64,000 nt of DNA, taken from a bacterium (GTDB lineage: Bacteria > Bdellovibrionota_C > UBA2361 > CALJRW01). This document shows, in pieces, positions 39,898 to 49,812 of the stretch. How positions within the stretch are numbered: position 1 is the stretch's first letter; each line of letters opens with the position of its first letter. A program made the translations under genes and the position numbers. The notes below the pieces were generated by a model. It had not been told where the DNA came from. It saw only the letters and a program-made list of their open reading frames with translations, and did not search any database. The DNA lies in NCBI GenBank assembly GCA_031385045.1, contig JANNBC010000007.1, positions 1-64,000 of the forward strand, in the 5' to 3' direction.

Positions 39898-41034
39898 ATG
39901 ACACAGAAACATGGAAAATTTGGTATTATCGTCTCTGGCGGACCAGCTCCTGGAATCAATGCTGTAATTGCCTCTGTTGTCTTTACTGCTCATGATTGTG
40001 GATATCAAGTACTGGGCTTTGAAAAAGGCATGTCTGGAATTATCAAGGAAGGTGCTAGCACAGCAGTAGAGCTTAAACCAAAATCGGTAGTCAGCATCCA
40101 AAATACGGGCGGATCAATTTTACGAACATCAAGACATAACCCTTTTGAAAATGAGGAATCTGCCCAAAAATTAATTAATACTCTGAAAGAGTGCGAGATC
40201 GATAAGTTAGTTTTAATTGGCGGAGAAGGAACTGCTTTCTTATCCTATCAAATTGCCCAAAGAAATTGTGGTGTGAGCGTCGTACATATTCCCAAAACTA
40301 TTGATAACGATTTAATTCTACCAAACCAATATCCTTGTTTTGGTTTTGAAACTGCCAGATATGTTGGAACGCAGTTAATGAATACAATCATTACTGAGGC
40401 TAAAACTACGAATCGTTGGTTTGTAATTAAAACTATGGGACGAAATGCAGGTTTTCTAGCCTTAGGCCTAGGAATATCTTGCGGGGCATCTGTTACTTTA
40501 ATCCCCGAGCAATTCGATCACAACATTAGCCTAGATGATATTGTAGATACAATCATGCCTTGCGTCTTAAAACGCAATCAAGCAGGAAATACACATGGCA
40601 CTGTAATTTTAGCGGAAGGTATAATCGATCAGTTAGATCCAGATAAAGTTCCTGAATTAAAAGATGCTCCGCGAGATGCTATTGGTCGCTTAAGTTTTTC
40701 AGAAGTAGATTTAGAAGATCTAGTAGTTAAACGACTAGAGAAAAAGATTGCCGCTTTAGGCTTAAATATTAAATTTAAACCAGAGAATATTGGATATGTA
40801 TTACGTTGCGCAGATCCAGTCTCCTTTGATATTGAATATACCAAGTTCCTCGGATTTGGAGCAGTAAAATTCCTGCTAGAAGGAAAAACTGGAATCATGG
40901 TTGTTAGAGACTACGATAAGCTAACCTATGTTGAGCTAAGTTCAATGGCTGATGAAAATGGTAGAATTAGATCTCGTCGCGTGGATTTAAATTCTGACTA
41001 CTACAAAGTAGCTTGTAATTTTATGATCAAGTAG
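39898..41034 (+). CDS. pfkA: 6-phosphofructokinase family protein
   Basis: SGGPAPGINAVI, GGSILRTSR, IGGEGT, PKTIDND, MGRNAG, GYVLRC. Confidence 0.88.
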   Translation: MTQKHGKFGIIVSGGPAPGINAVIASVVFTAHDCGYQVLGFEKGMSGIIKEGASTAVELKPKSVVSIQNTGGSILRTSRHNPFENEESAQKLINTLKECEIDKLVLIGGEGTAFLSYQIAQRNCGVSVVHIPKTIDNDLILPNQYPCFGFETARYVGTQLMNTIITEAKTTNRWFVIKTMGRNAGFLALGLGISCGASVTLIPEQFDHNISLDDIVDTIMPCVLKRNQAGNTHGTVILAEGIIDQLDPDKVPELKDAPRDAIGRLSFSEVDLEDLVVKRLEKKIAALGLNIKFKPENIGYVLRCADPVSFDIEYTKFLGFGAVKFLLEGKTGIMVVRDYDKLTYVELSSMADENGRIRSRRVDLNSDYYKVACNFMIK

Positions 41035-41083
41035 CCTAACTCAGATAAAGTTAAAATAACTGCCCTAGATTTAAAAACTAAAG

Positions 41084-41845
41084 CTACAAAGTTGCTACTG
41101 AGTTATCCTGCTCTGTAGTCTTTTTTTGCTTCTTCTCAATTAAACTGACTAAGCCAATACTAATCACATATAGTACTAACATTGGTATTGCCATTAACAT
41201 CTGAGAAACTACATCTGGAGGTGTTAGTACGGCACCAACCACAAAACAAAAAACTACCACATAACGCCAACTGGTAATCATCATCTTACTAGTAATCAAG
41301 CCAAACTTAGCTAATAAAACAGAAATTACTGGAAACTCAAAAACGCAGCCAAAAGCTAATAACATCTTAATCACCATTGATAGATGTTCTGTGATGCGAA
41401 TGTTTGGAACTATCTTAATTGATTCATACTCAGAAAAGAAAAAATCATAGGCGACTGGCAAAACTAAATAATAAGAGAACAACATACCAATTAAAAACAG
41501 AATCGTACTACTGAAGACAAACGGCAGAACCAATTTCTTTTCCTCTTGATATAGACCTGGCGCGACAAATAACCACATTTGATAGAAAAGAAATGGCATT
41601 ACTAATACAAAACCTGCAAAGCAAGCGAGTTTAATTTTCAAGACAAAAGCCTCAGCTGGTCCAGTTCCAACTAATGTTCCAGTAGGGAACTGGTTCTCAA
41701 ATGGTACAGTAAAAAAATCAAAGATGTAACTACTGAGATTATAACAAATAGTTGCTCCAATAATAATTGCAACAGAAGACCATATTAGACGCTTTCTTAA
41801 TTCGGTGAGATGCTGAAAAATCCCCATATTTGCAAAATCATTCAT
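41084..41845 (-). CDS. tatC: Twin-arginine translocase subunit TatC
   Basis: HLTELRKRL, FVAPGLY..EK, FEFP, LTPPD..SQ..MAIP. Confidence 0.96.
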   Translation of the reverse strand: MNDFANMGIFQHLTELRKRLIWSSVAIIIGATICYNLSSYIFDFFTVPFENQFPTGTLVGTGPAEAFVLKIKLACFAGFVLVMPFLFYQMWLFVAPGLYQEEKKLVLPFVFSSTILFLIGMLFSYYLVLPVAYDFFFSEYESIKIVPNIRITEHLSMVIKMLLAFGCVFEFPVISVLLAKFGLITSKMMITSWRYVVVFCFVVGAVLTPPDVVSQMLMAIPMLVLYVISIGLVSLIEKKQKKTTEQDNSVATL

Positions 41846-42161
41846 CGCTAACTTTTTCCTCTTGGACTAAAAGTTTTGCTGCTTCATCTGTTGTTTCAGT
41901 TGACCCTGGAGCTTTGGTCAATAAGTCTGGAGTTAGATCCTCTTTGACGGCGACAAGTCGTTTCTCGACATTTTTTTCAAAATCTTTGGCGGGGATATAA
42001 ACGCTATTATAAAATTCTTGGCGAAACTTATCTGATGTTTTACGAAAAGTCCCAAAGAACTTTCCTAGCTTTGAAGCAACTTCTGGCAATTTATCAGGCC
42101 CAAAAATGATTAAGGAGACAAAACAGACCAAGGCAAGTTCAGTAAAACTAATTCCAAACAT
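41838..42161 (-). CDS. tatB: Twin-arginine translocase subunit TatB/TatA
   Basis: MFGISFTEL...LIIFGPDKLPEVA; directly upstream of tatC. Confidence 0.85.
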   Translation of the reverse strand: MFGISFTELALVCFVSLIIFGPDKLPEVASKLGKFFGTFRKTSDKFRQEFYNSVYIPAKDFEKNVEKRLVAVKEDLTPDLLTKAPGSTETTDEAAKLLVQEEKVSDE

Positions 42162-42469
42162 TCTGACTTTTAAAATTTAAAATTTTTCTTTTTGATCGCA
42201 TGGATACTTTAGTGCAGTTCTTAACGAAAGATTTTAAATTGAATCATTTGTTTCGTCAGACACTATATAATTAAATAACCTAAGAGAAAAGTAAATCAAC
42301 AGCAAGGCATTGCTTATGTAATGGATTTTTAAGGAGAAATGTATCAAAAAATACTCTTCTAAAACTAAATCCGTTTTTAATAACTAATTTTTCAATCCAA
42401 AATATTTTAAAAATCTACTATAAATAATGGCTATTTAATGCTAAATTCCATTATATCTAAAATCCGCTA

Positions 42470-43069
42470 ATGATAAACATTATTAAGAATCAATCCAAAA
42501 CCACGCTAGCTTTTTTTCTGGCAATTTTTCTGGCTGTAATCTTTTTGACATTAATTACCGAAAAGAGCTTTGCTCAGAATGAAAGTTTTTATGATTTAAA
42601 AGTAAAAGGATTAGACGGCGAACTGATTAATTTTGAGCAATATCGCGGACATTTGGTTTTAATTGCCAATATTGCCACCAACTGTGGAACAACTCCGCAA
42701 TTAGAAGAGTTACAAAAACTCTATGAAAAATACGAAAAAGCAGGGCTGATTGTCTTAGGAATTCCCTCTAATGATTTTATGCCTACTAATCCACATGACC
42801 AGGCGACTATCAAACATATTTGCAAAGAACGGTTTGGAGTTACCTTTCCCTTATCAGAGGCTGTCGAGCTAAACGGCGTAAATCAACATCCAATTTTTAG
42901 ATATCTAATTAATACTGGAAAAGATGAAACCGAAGGACCAGTAATGTTTAATTTTGAAAAATTTCTAATTTCTAAAGATGGCCAGATAGTTGGAAGATAT
43001 GGATCTTTTACCAATGCCATGAGTAGTCGAATTACCCGTGAGATTGAAAGTTTATTACAAAAAAAATAA
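42470..43069 (+). CDS. Glutathione peroxidase family protein with signal peptide
   Basis: NIATNCGTTPQ, GIPSNDF, FNFEKFLI; active-site codon is TGT (Cys). Confidence 0.9.
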   Translation: MINIIKNQSKTTLAFFLAIFLAVIFLTLITEKSFAQNESFYDLKVKGLDGELINFEQYRGHLVLIANIATNCGTTPQLEELQKLYEKYEKAGLIVLGIPSNDFMPTNPHDQATIKHICKERFGVTFPLSEAVELNGVNQHPIFRYLINTGKDETEGPVMFNFEKFLISKDGQIVGRYGSFTNAMSSRITREIESLLQKK

Positions 43070-43822
43070 GTGCGCCTAAAATTTCCCCTTTTATTATTAA
43101 GCTTTGGACTAGTTCTTGTTAGTTGCACATCACTTAAAGCAAAGCCAGAAAAAAATTCTGGCTTTCTACCAAAGCCAGAGCTACTGACGGAGAACCGAGC
43201 TCGTGCTCCTTTCCATGCCTATTGGGTTTTTAATAACCAGGAGTATGATCTTCTAAAAGATCAAACCAAAAAAGTTTACATTGCACCAATTGATACTACC
43301 TATGCGCAGAAGAAGATCTCAAAAGCCTCTGGCAGTGAGGAGACAAAAGTTGATCGAATCGAAGAAACAACCGAACTTGCCAACTACTTTCATGAAATTC
43401 TAAAAATTAACTTTAGCAAGAAAGGACAAGGCAAAATTGAAATCGTAGATGCACCAACCGAAGACTCATTAAATATCCAACTTGCCTTAGTAAGTATAAT
43501 TCCAACTAATCCAGGAATTAATTTTGCAGGAACGGTCGTAGGCTTCATCTTGCCTGGTGGTGGCTTAATCAGCCGCTTTGGTGACGGGAGCATTGCTTTT
43601 GAAGGTTTTACCAACAAAGTGCCCGATCAAGGATTAATTTTAGAAGAGTTTAAAGATCGTGAAAGCCAAAAAGCTTCCGCCTTTACTTTAAAAGACTACC
43701 AAAGATATGCCCACCTCAGAATGATCCTTGAGGAATGGACCAAACAAATTGTGGAGTTATACTTTAGCAAAGGTAACCATCAGGTCTCAGACTCCTTACC
43801 AGTCTCTATTGATCCACTATAA
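43070..43822 (+). CDS. Lipoprotein, DUF3313-like
   Basis: Lipobox LVSC followed by an SGFL motif. Confidence 0.6.
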   Translation: MRLKFPLLLLSFGLVLVSCTSLKAKPEKNSGFLPKPELLTENRARAPFHAYWVFNNQEYDLLKDQTKKVYIAPIDTTYAQKKISKASGSEETKVDRIEETTELANYFHEILKINFSKKGQGKIEIVDAPTEDSLNIQLALVSIIPTNPGINFAGTVVGFILPGGGLISRFGDGSIAFEGFTNKVPDQGLILEEFKDRESQKASAFTLKDYQRYAHLRMILEEWTKQIVELYFSKGNHQVSDSLPVSIDPL

Positions 43823-43854
43823 GAGCTTAAAGTTTAAGCATCGAGAAACATTTG

Positions 43855-46800
43855 TCAAACTAGAGAATAAGCTTTTAAAGCCTTTAACTGCTTTCTGACT
43901 AGAATTAAATTAGCCTTGCTTGGCTCCCTACTAAACTCTAGAAGTGCCGATTTTAATTGCCTTCGCAGTTTCTTCCCTGATTTCAAATCAAGTTTTGGAA
44001 TCAGTGTTACTTTAGAAATTGCTTCTGCTAAAACTAATCGCACACTTTGCTTAAAAGCTTTAATTGCTGTTTTTAATCGAGTAATTTGTTTAGGTGTATT
44101 TTGCTGATCAAATTTAATCTTACGAGAAGCAATTTGAGCATCTTCAATAAAGGCATCAAAATCAGCCTCTAATAAACAATCTACCACACCATTCAAGTTC
44201 AGATCTTGCTCAATCACATCGCAACCACAAACATTTGGCTCTTTCTTAGCAAGATCATCTGGGCACTGATCAAAGACAATCCTCCATAATTCTTGACCAA
44301 TTCGATGACTTTCCACACTAAAATAAAGGGCACCATTCTCTGCAAAAAATAACTCTGGTGAACTACTCCCCGCTCCAAGAAAGACATCACTAACAATCTG
44401 AGTACCAGCTTCTGTTCCATCAGTTGCCCATAATTCCATCCCGGCATCAGCAGTTGATGCTGAGAAATAAATCTTATTCCCAGCAAGTAGTAACTGCTCT
44501 GGAGAACTACTACCCGTACCGGAAAGAATATCTTTAACCATTTCTGTTGTTCCAGCTGTCCCAAGAGTTTTGTATAGCTCTACCCCAGTTGCATTTGTCA
44601 TTCCAGAAAAAAATAACTGATCATTTAATACTGCTAATGGAATATCAAAAGCCAGCCCATCATCACTACCCGTAGCTAAATCAATGACCAGCTCCGTTCC
44701 AAGATCTGTTCCATCTGTTTTCCATAATTCTCGACCTTCCCAATCAGTTGTTGCGATGAAATAAGTGAGACCTTGATATTCTGTAAAATTAAGTGGCAAT
44801 GACCCATTTCCACCACTACGAATATCTTTCACTAAGATAGTCCCGACAGTTGTTCCGTCTGTTACCCATAGCTCTGCACCAGTAGATCCATCTTTAGCTT
44901 GAAAATAGATCTGGCTTCCACTAGTTTTCAAATAATCAGGAAAGCTACCGACGGATCCTACCTGAATATCTTTTAGGAGATTAGTGCCCACGGCTGTTCC
45001 ATCAGTCACCCATAACTCTTTGCCCTCACTACTAGTTGTGGCATCAAAAACAACCTGATTGCCAAGTACTGCGAAAGAAGACAAAGGATCACTATTGCTA
45101 GCTCCACTATTAATATCCTTTAAAAGTACTGTCCCATCAATAGTTCCATCACTCTTCCATAACTCCAAACCATTTGTTGCGTTGCGCGCACGAAAAATAA
45201 CATTATCTCCCAAGACAACACCTTTAGAAACTTCGCCTGAATCACTTCCTGAATAAATATCTTTTAACAAAACAGTTCCTGCAGGTGTCCCATCAGTAAT
45301 CCATAATTCCCTACCAATAACGCCATCATTAGCAGAGAAAAGAACCCGATCCCCTAGACGACCCACAACAATGGCATTGCTATCATCTCGACTTGGATAA
45401 ATATCCTTAAGTAAGGTGATTTCCTTTGTACTTAGATTAACAACGAATGGTTCCGCTCCGTATCTTACTGTGGAGGCGACAACAAAAAGTAAATTACTGG
45501 TAATCAATGAGACTTCACTTGGCGCAGATCCTAAATCAGCTCCAAAATTTAAATCCACCGCGGGAACAGTACCTGTCTCCGTCCCATCAGTTGTGTATAA
45601 CGCCACAGTGGTGGGGGTATTAGCAATCAGAAAAGAATTTACTTGAAGCTCGTCATGATAAATTGCTGGATTAGAATCTTCTTCTCCTGGCCAAATATCT
45701 TTTAAAATCTTTGTTCCAAGTATTGTGCCATCTGTCACCCAAGTTTCCACGCCACTTGCATCTGTAAAGAGACTAAAGATTGCCTTATTTTTCTCTGGAT
45801 AGACAGGAGTTAAATCAGAGAGCAGAGACCCTCCAACTCCCGGAGTTAAATCTTTTACTAATGAAACCTCTCCACCTGTAATTCGCCAAAGTTCATTGCC
45901 GGTATCTAAACTGCTAGCAAAAAACAACAGATCGTTGTTAATAACTTGAAAATCAGAAAAAGAGCCCACTGTATCGCTTGGATTTAAGTCCTCAACAATC
46001 ACTGTTCCAACATCAGTCCCATCAGTTCTCCAAAGACTTATTCCCACATTGGCACCAGAAGCATTTGCTGAAAAATAAACCTGATTATTAAAGAAGATCA
46101 AATTATCTGGCTCTGAAGAATCAACTCCGACATTAAGATCCTTTAATAAACTTGTTCCAACTTCTGTCCCATCTGAAATAAATAATTCAGCTCCCAATGA
46201 TGAATCAGTTGCGGCAAAGACAAATTGTGTGTTGTTTAGTTTCTCAAAGTTACCTGGATAAGTAATGCCACTTTTCAAAACAGTAGGCACAAAACCATCT
46301 GTAAATTCACAAAGGGCATTCGTACCACCTGCAACAGAACATCGAAACACAAGCTGACCTTCTTGATGCAAGAAAAAATCTCCTGGGCTAGAGCCTAGGC
46401 CGACCGAATCATAAATATCATAGACAACTGTTCCCACATTAGTTCCATTACTAACGTAAAGTTCAGCACCTAGCTCAGGTGTACTTGCCGAAAAAGCTAC
46501 TTTGGTACCATTTTGAAAAGCAATAAACTCCCCAAAGGATGTGCTAGCAGATCCAGAATTAATATCTTTAACTAATAGTGTTCCCTCTGCAGTCCCATCT
46601 GTTCTCCATAATTCCGTACCAAGGTCTTGATTAGTAGCAACAAAAAACAACTGCGCTCCAGCAATAATAAATTTTGTTGGACTAGAACCTTCCGTTCCGA
46701 GCTGAATATCCCGTAATAAACTTATCTCGCCCGTATCCCCATCAACCTTTACCAACTCTCGGCCTCGGTCTTGATAATAAGCACTTAGGAAAAAATCTGC

Positions 46801-46962
46801 TTTTTGTTCCTCTGTTTTAAAAGCTGGCTTCCAGATTATCGCTGCTGAGACACTATTTGGATAAAAATTAAGATTAGAAAGCAACTCTGCTTGATCCAAA
46901 GCAAAACAATTATTAGCAAATAATGATAAGATTATTAGTGGAAGAATTAAAAGTTTACGCAT
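43855..46962 (-). CDS. Secreted ELWxxDGT repeat protein
   Basis: Signal peptide and more than a dozen G.ELW.TDGT..GT.L.KDI repeats; C-terminal DQCPDD..K.EP..CGC...D.N.NGVVDC (thrombospondin type-3-like). Confidence 0.9.
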   Translation of the reverse strand: MRKLLILPLIILSLFANNCFALDQAELLSNLNFYPNSVSAAIIWKPAFKTEEQKADFFLSAYYQDRGRELVKVDGDTGEISLLRDIQLGTEGSSPTKFIIAGAQLFFVATNQDLGTELWRTDGTAEGTLLVKDINSGSASTSFGEFIAFQNGTKVAFSASTPELGAELYVSNGTNVGTVVYDIYDSVGLGSSPGDFFLHQEGQLVFRCSVAGGTNALCEFTDGFVPTVLKSGITYPGNFEKLNNTQFVFAATDSSLGAELFISDGTEVGTSLLKDLNVGVDSSEPDNLIFFNNQVYFSANASGANVGISLWRTDGTDVGTVIVEDLNPSDTVGSFSDFQVINNDLLFFASSLDTGNELWRITGGEVSLVKDLTPGVGGSLLSDLTPVYPEKNKAIFSLFTDASGVETWVTDGTILGTKILKDIWPGEEDSNPAIYHDELQVNSFLIANTPTTVALYTTDGTETGTVPAVDLNFGADLGSAPSEVSLITSNLLFVVASTVRYGAEPFVVNLSTKEITLLKDIYPSRDDSNAIVVGRLGDRVLFSANDGVIGRELWITDGTPAGTVLLKDIYSGSDSGEVSKGVVLGDNVIFRARNATNGLELWKSDGTIDGTVLLKDINSGASNSDPLSSFAVLGNQVVFDATTSSEGKELWVTDGTAVGTNLLKDIQVGSVGSFPDYLKTSGSQIYFQAKDGSTGAELWVTDGTTVGTILVKDIRSGGNGSLPLNFTEYQGLTYFIATTDWEGRELWKTDGTDLGTELVIDLATGSDDGLAFDIPLAVLNDQLFFSGMTNATGVELYKTLGTAGTTEMVKDILSGTGSSSPEQLLLAGNKIYFSASTADAGMELWATDGTEAGTQIVSDVFLGAGSSSPELFFAENGALYFSVESHRIGQELWRIVFDQCPDDLAKKEPNVCGCDVIEQDLNLNGVVDCLLEADFDAFIEDAQIASRKIKFDQQNTPKQITRLKTAIKAFKQSVRLVLAEAISKVTLIPKLDLKSGKKLRRQLKSALLEFSREPSKANLILVRKQLKALKAYSLV

Positions 46963-46989
46963 TAGGATATAAATTTAAAGAGTCAGGCG

Positions 46990-47241
46990 ATAGTAATGAC
47001 AGAAAGTAATTTCCGATAGGAAATTATAAATTTAAGATCATTACTATATTGCGACCAGCGGGTTTAACCTCCGAAGCTTGAAAGGCGAAGGAGGTAGCCC
47101 AGAGACAAATATAGTAAAACCTATAAACTCTGTTAAACCGAAGGTTTATCAACCCAGCTTATAATTTCTAACTTACACTTGTCATTTTCCTTTAGAGTGA
47201 AGGCAAGTACGTTACGGAAAATATTTTCTGGTTTTACTATA
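46990..47241 (-). repeat. Dispersed composite hairpin element, copy C (inverted relative to A)
   Basis: Unit 46990-47047 (ATAGTAATGA...TCATTACTAT), GCGACCAGCGGGTTTAACCTCCGAAGCTTGAAAGGCGAAGGAGGTAGCC nearly identical to the reverse complement of copy A, unit 47110-47241 (TATAGTAAAACC...GGTTTTACTATA). Confidence 0.88.
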
Positions 47242-47391
47242 TCATTTCTCATTTCACTTAAATTTTCAATACAAATTAGTCCTGAGAAGCACCAATTAGG
47301 CCTGAGATATTCAACATTATTCTATCAAACTTTATCTTAATCTGAACTTTTGCTATAAGTTTCCCCTAATTATAGAATTATTAAGGACATA

Positions 47392-47697
47392 ATGGAGTTT
47401 CAGAAACTAATTGCCTGTGATCAAGTAACCGAAGATAAGGCATCAAAAGTAGTCATCAATAAACGTGAAATTGGCGTCACTGTATTTGAAGGCGAATACT
47501 ATGCTTTTGACGATCTTTGTACTCATGCTGATGCTAACTTATCTGATGGCTGTGTTGTGAATGGAGAAGTAGAATGCCCGCTGCATTTTGCTCGTTTCTG
47601 TGTAAAAACAGGCGTTGTTACCGAACCACCGGCATTTGATGATTTAAAAACTTATAAAACAAAAGTTGAAGATGGATTTGTCTGGATCTTAATCTAA
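47392..47697 (+). CDS. Rieske-type [2Fe-2S] ferredoxin
   Basis: CTH...ECPLH.ARF...TG. Confidence 0.92.
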   Translation: MEFQKLIACDQVTEDKASKVVINKREIGVTVFEGEYYAFDDLCTHADANLSDGCVVNGEVECPLHFARFCVKTGVVTEPPAFDDLKTYKTKVEDGFVWILI

Positions 47698-47740
47698 GCA
47701 CTCTGATAAATTAAGAGCTATCTGATTTACTCAATGCTGG

Positions 47741-48760
47741 CTAAAGTAGCAGGTCTTGATTAGCAATCAGATCCGCGACTTTCTTCTGCCCAAGCAAAAA
47801 CATTCCTAAGCGAAACTCGGCTTGTAGCTCTTCAATTTTAGCAATCACTGCCTCTGGAGAATTCGAAGCAAGGCTCAGGAATGGATTGGCAATTGCACCA
47901 ACCTGCGCTCCAAGCACCAAGGATTTTAATAAATCAATTCCCGAACGAAGGCCACCTGAGGCAATCAACTGTAAACCTAACTTGGCGTTAATAATCTGCT
48001 TAATTGCAACCGGAGTAGGAATGCCCCAATCTTGAAAGGTAATCCCTAAGTTATTTTCAGGATTAATTTTTCTTAAGTGTTCAATTCGACTCCAAGAAGT
48101 ACCACCACTACCAGCGATATCTAAATACTTAACCCCCACTTTTTGAAGAATTTTTGCATCAGCTACAGACACTCCGGATCCAACTTCTTTAATTACAACT
48201 GGAACTTTTAGCTTTGCGCACAAATCTTGAATCTTAGCTGATAAATTTGCAAAATTCGTATTTCCCTCAGACTGAATAGCTTCCTGTAAAGGATTTAGAT
48301 GTAAATAAATGGCATCTGCCCCTAGAAGATTAATGGCGTCTTGGCAATGCTGTGCAGAAAAATCATAATTTAACTGAACTGCGCCGATATTAGCAAATAA
48401 TAAAGTTGTTGGTGCAAAAGATCTTAATTCAAAACTTTTTCTAGCCGACGTATTATCAAAAATAATTCTTTGCGAACCAACTCCTAAACCAACTTGGCAA
48501 TGTTCAGCAGCTAGAGCTAGATTCTTATTGATCTTTTGTAGTTCCTCACTAGCACCGCCAGTCATCGAACTAATAATTAATGGGAAGGATAATTTTTTAC
48601 CAAGGAAAAAACAGGAGGAATCAACATCGGCCAAATTAATTTCAGGGAGTGCCCGATGAATTAATTGAATCTGATCAAAATAATTAGATTTTCGATCTAC
48701 TTCTAAATCATCACTAACGATTTTAATATGATCTAATTTACGTTGGTTTATTTCGCTCAT
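47741..48760 (-). CDS. fni: Type 2 isopentenyl-diphosphate isomerase (FMN-dependent)
   Basis: RKLDHI, SSMTGG, GVGSQR, HLNPLQE, KEVGSG, GSGGTSW, WGIPT, ASGGLR. Confidence 0.95.
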   Translation of the reverse strand: MSEINQRKLDHIKIVSDDLEVDRKSNYFDQIQLIHRALPEINLADVDSSCFFLGKKLSFPLIISSMTGGASEELQKINKNLALAAEHCQVGLGVGSQRIIFDNTSARKSFELRSFAPTTLLFANIGAVQLNYDFSAQHCQDAINLLGADAIYLHLNPLQEAIQSEGNTNFANLSAKIQDLCAKLKVPVVIKEVGSGVSVADAKILQKVGVKYLDIAGSGGTSWSRIEHLRKINPENNLGITFQDWGIPTPVAIKQIINAKLGLQLIASGGLRSGIDLLKSLVLGAQVGAIANPFLSLASNSPEAVIAKIEELQAEFRLGMFLLGQKKVADLIANQDLLL

Positions 48761-49812
48761 CTTTCCAACATCAAATGCGACTTCATTAGCTCGCCTGGAT
48801 TTGCAATTGCCCCAAGCAATGATAATTCACCACAAAGAACTGCTCCAGCAATAATACCAGCAAGCCGCTTAGAGTTTTCTCCGTTAGAATTTGCTTGCAA
48901 ACACCCCATTTTTTCTAAATTTTTCTGAACAAAATCTAGACCTTTGCCATTCCCCACTGTTCCCACAATAATATTAGGAATCTTAACGGAAAATAATAAT
49001 TGCTCAGCTTGTACTTCGGCAAAGGTAATACCCTGCGAGCCCTCCACAATATTAGCAGCATCTTGGCCTGTTGCTAAATAAGCAGCCAACAAAATATTTG
49101 CATAGTGGGCATTGGCACTACGAATACTACCGGCAAGAATACTACCCAATAAATTCTTCTTAGTATTTAATTCGCAAATCGCTTCAGGGGTAGCCCTTAA
49201 ATATTTTTCACAAATTTTTCTACTAACTAAAATCTCAGCTAAGCAACTACGCCCCCTACCAAGAATTCCATTAACTGCTGAAACTTTTTTATCAGCACAA
49301 TAATTTGCTGAAATTGTTAAATATTTTAAGTCACTAAACTTTGCTAATAGATAATTAATAATTGCTTCTGCTGATTTTGTAGTCATGTTATGTCCAGAGG
49401 CATCCGCCGAATTGATTGCCACGCGAACATAGATAATCTTACTAATTATTTCAGTATCGATTCTTAGCAATTTAGCGTAGCGACTTTCAGCCGCAACAAC
49501 TTTTGCAAAATCAGCAAAACTATTATTAATAATTGCTTGTAAAATTGCTGCTCGTTCCAGACTAACTGCTTCCACCGCAAAGGAACGTGTCATTGATTCT
49601 TGTTCAACAATAACCATGACACCACCAGATTGATTAGCAACTCGCATCCCTCGTTCGACTGATGGCCAAAGTGGCGTTTCAAAAGTTGCTAGCGGAATGG
49701 AAACAGAGTCTTGTAGTACCGGTCCCCTAAACTGCAATGGCCCTACCCATTTCATCGGAACAGAGATAGTAGCTTCAGTCGAAACCAAACGATTTTTAAG
49801 AGTTTTAGTCAT
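48757..49812 (-). CDS. Hydroxymethylglutaryl-CoA reductase (short bacterial form)
   Basis: PLATFE..L..S..RG, MTRS, DASGHNM, SANYCADKK, ATGQDAAN, GTVGNG, VLCGELSL, SHLMLER. Confidence 0.9.
   Translation of the reverse strand: MTKTLKNRLVSTEATISVPMKWVGPLQFRGPVLQDSVSIPLATFETPLWPSVERGMRVANQSGGVMVIVEQESMTRSFAVEAVSLERAAILQAIINNSFADFAKVVAAESRYAKLLRIDTEIISKIIYVRVAINSADASGHNMTTKSAEAIINYLLAKFSDLKYLTISANYCADKKVSAVNGILGRGRSCLAEILVSRKICEKYLRATPEAICELNTKKNLLGSILAGSIRSANAHYANILLAAYLATGQDAANIVEGSQGITFAEVQAEQLLFSVKIPNIIVGTVGNGKGLDFVQKNLEKMGCLQANSNGENSKRLAGIIAGAVLCGELSLLGAIANPGELMKSHLMLER

Noticed and set aside
42470..43069. Selenocysteine glutathione peroxidase
   Set aside because: The active-site codon is TGT (Cys), not TGA.
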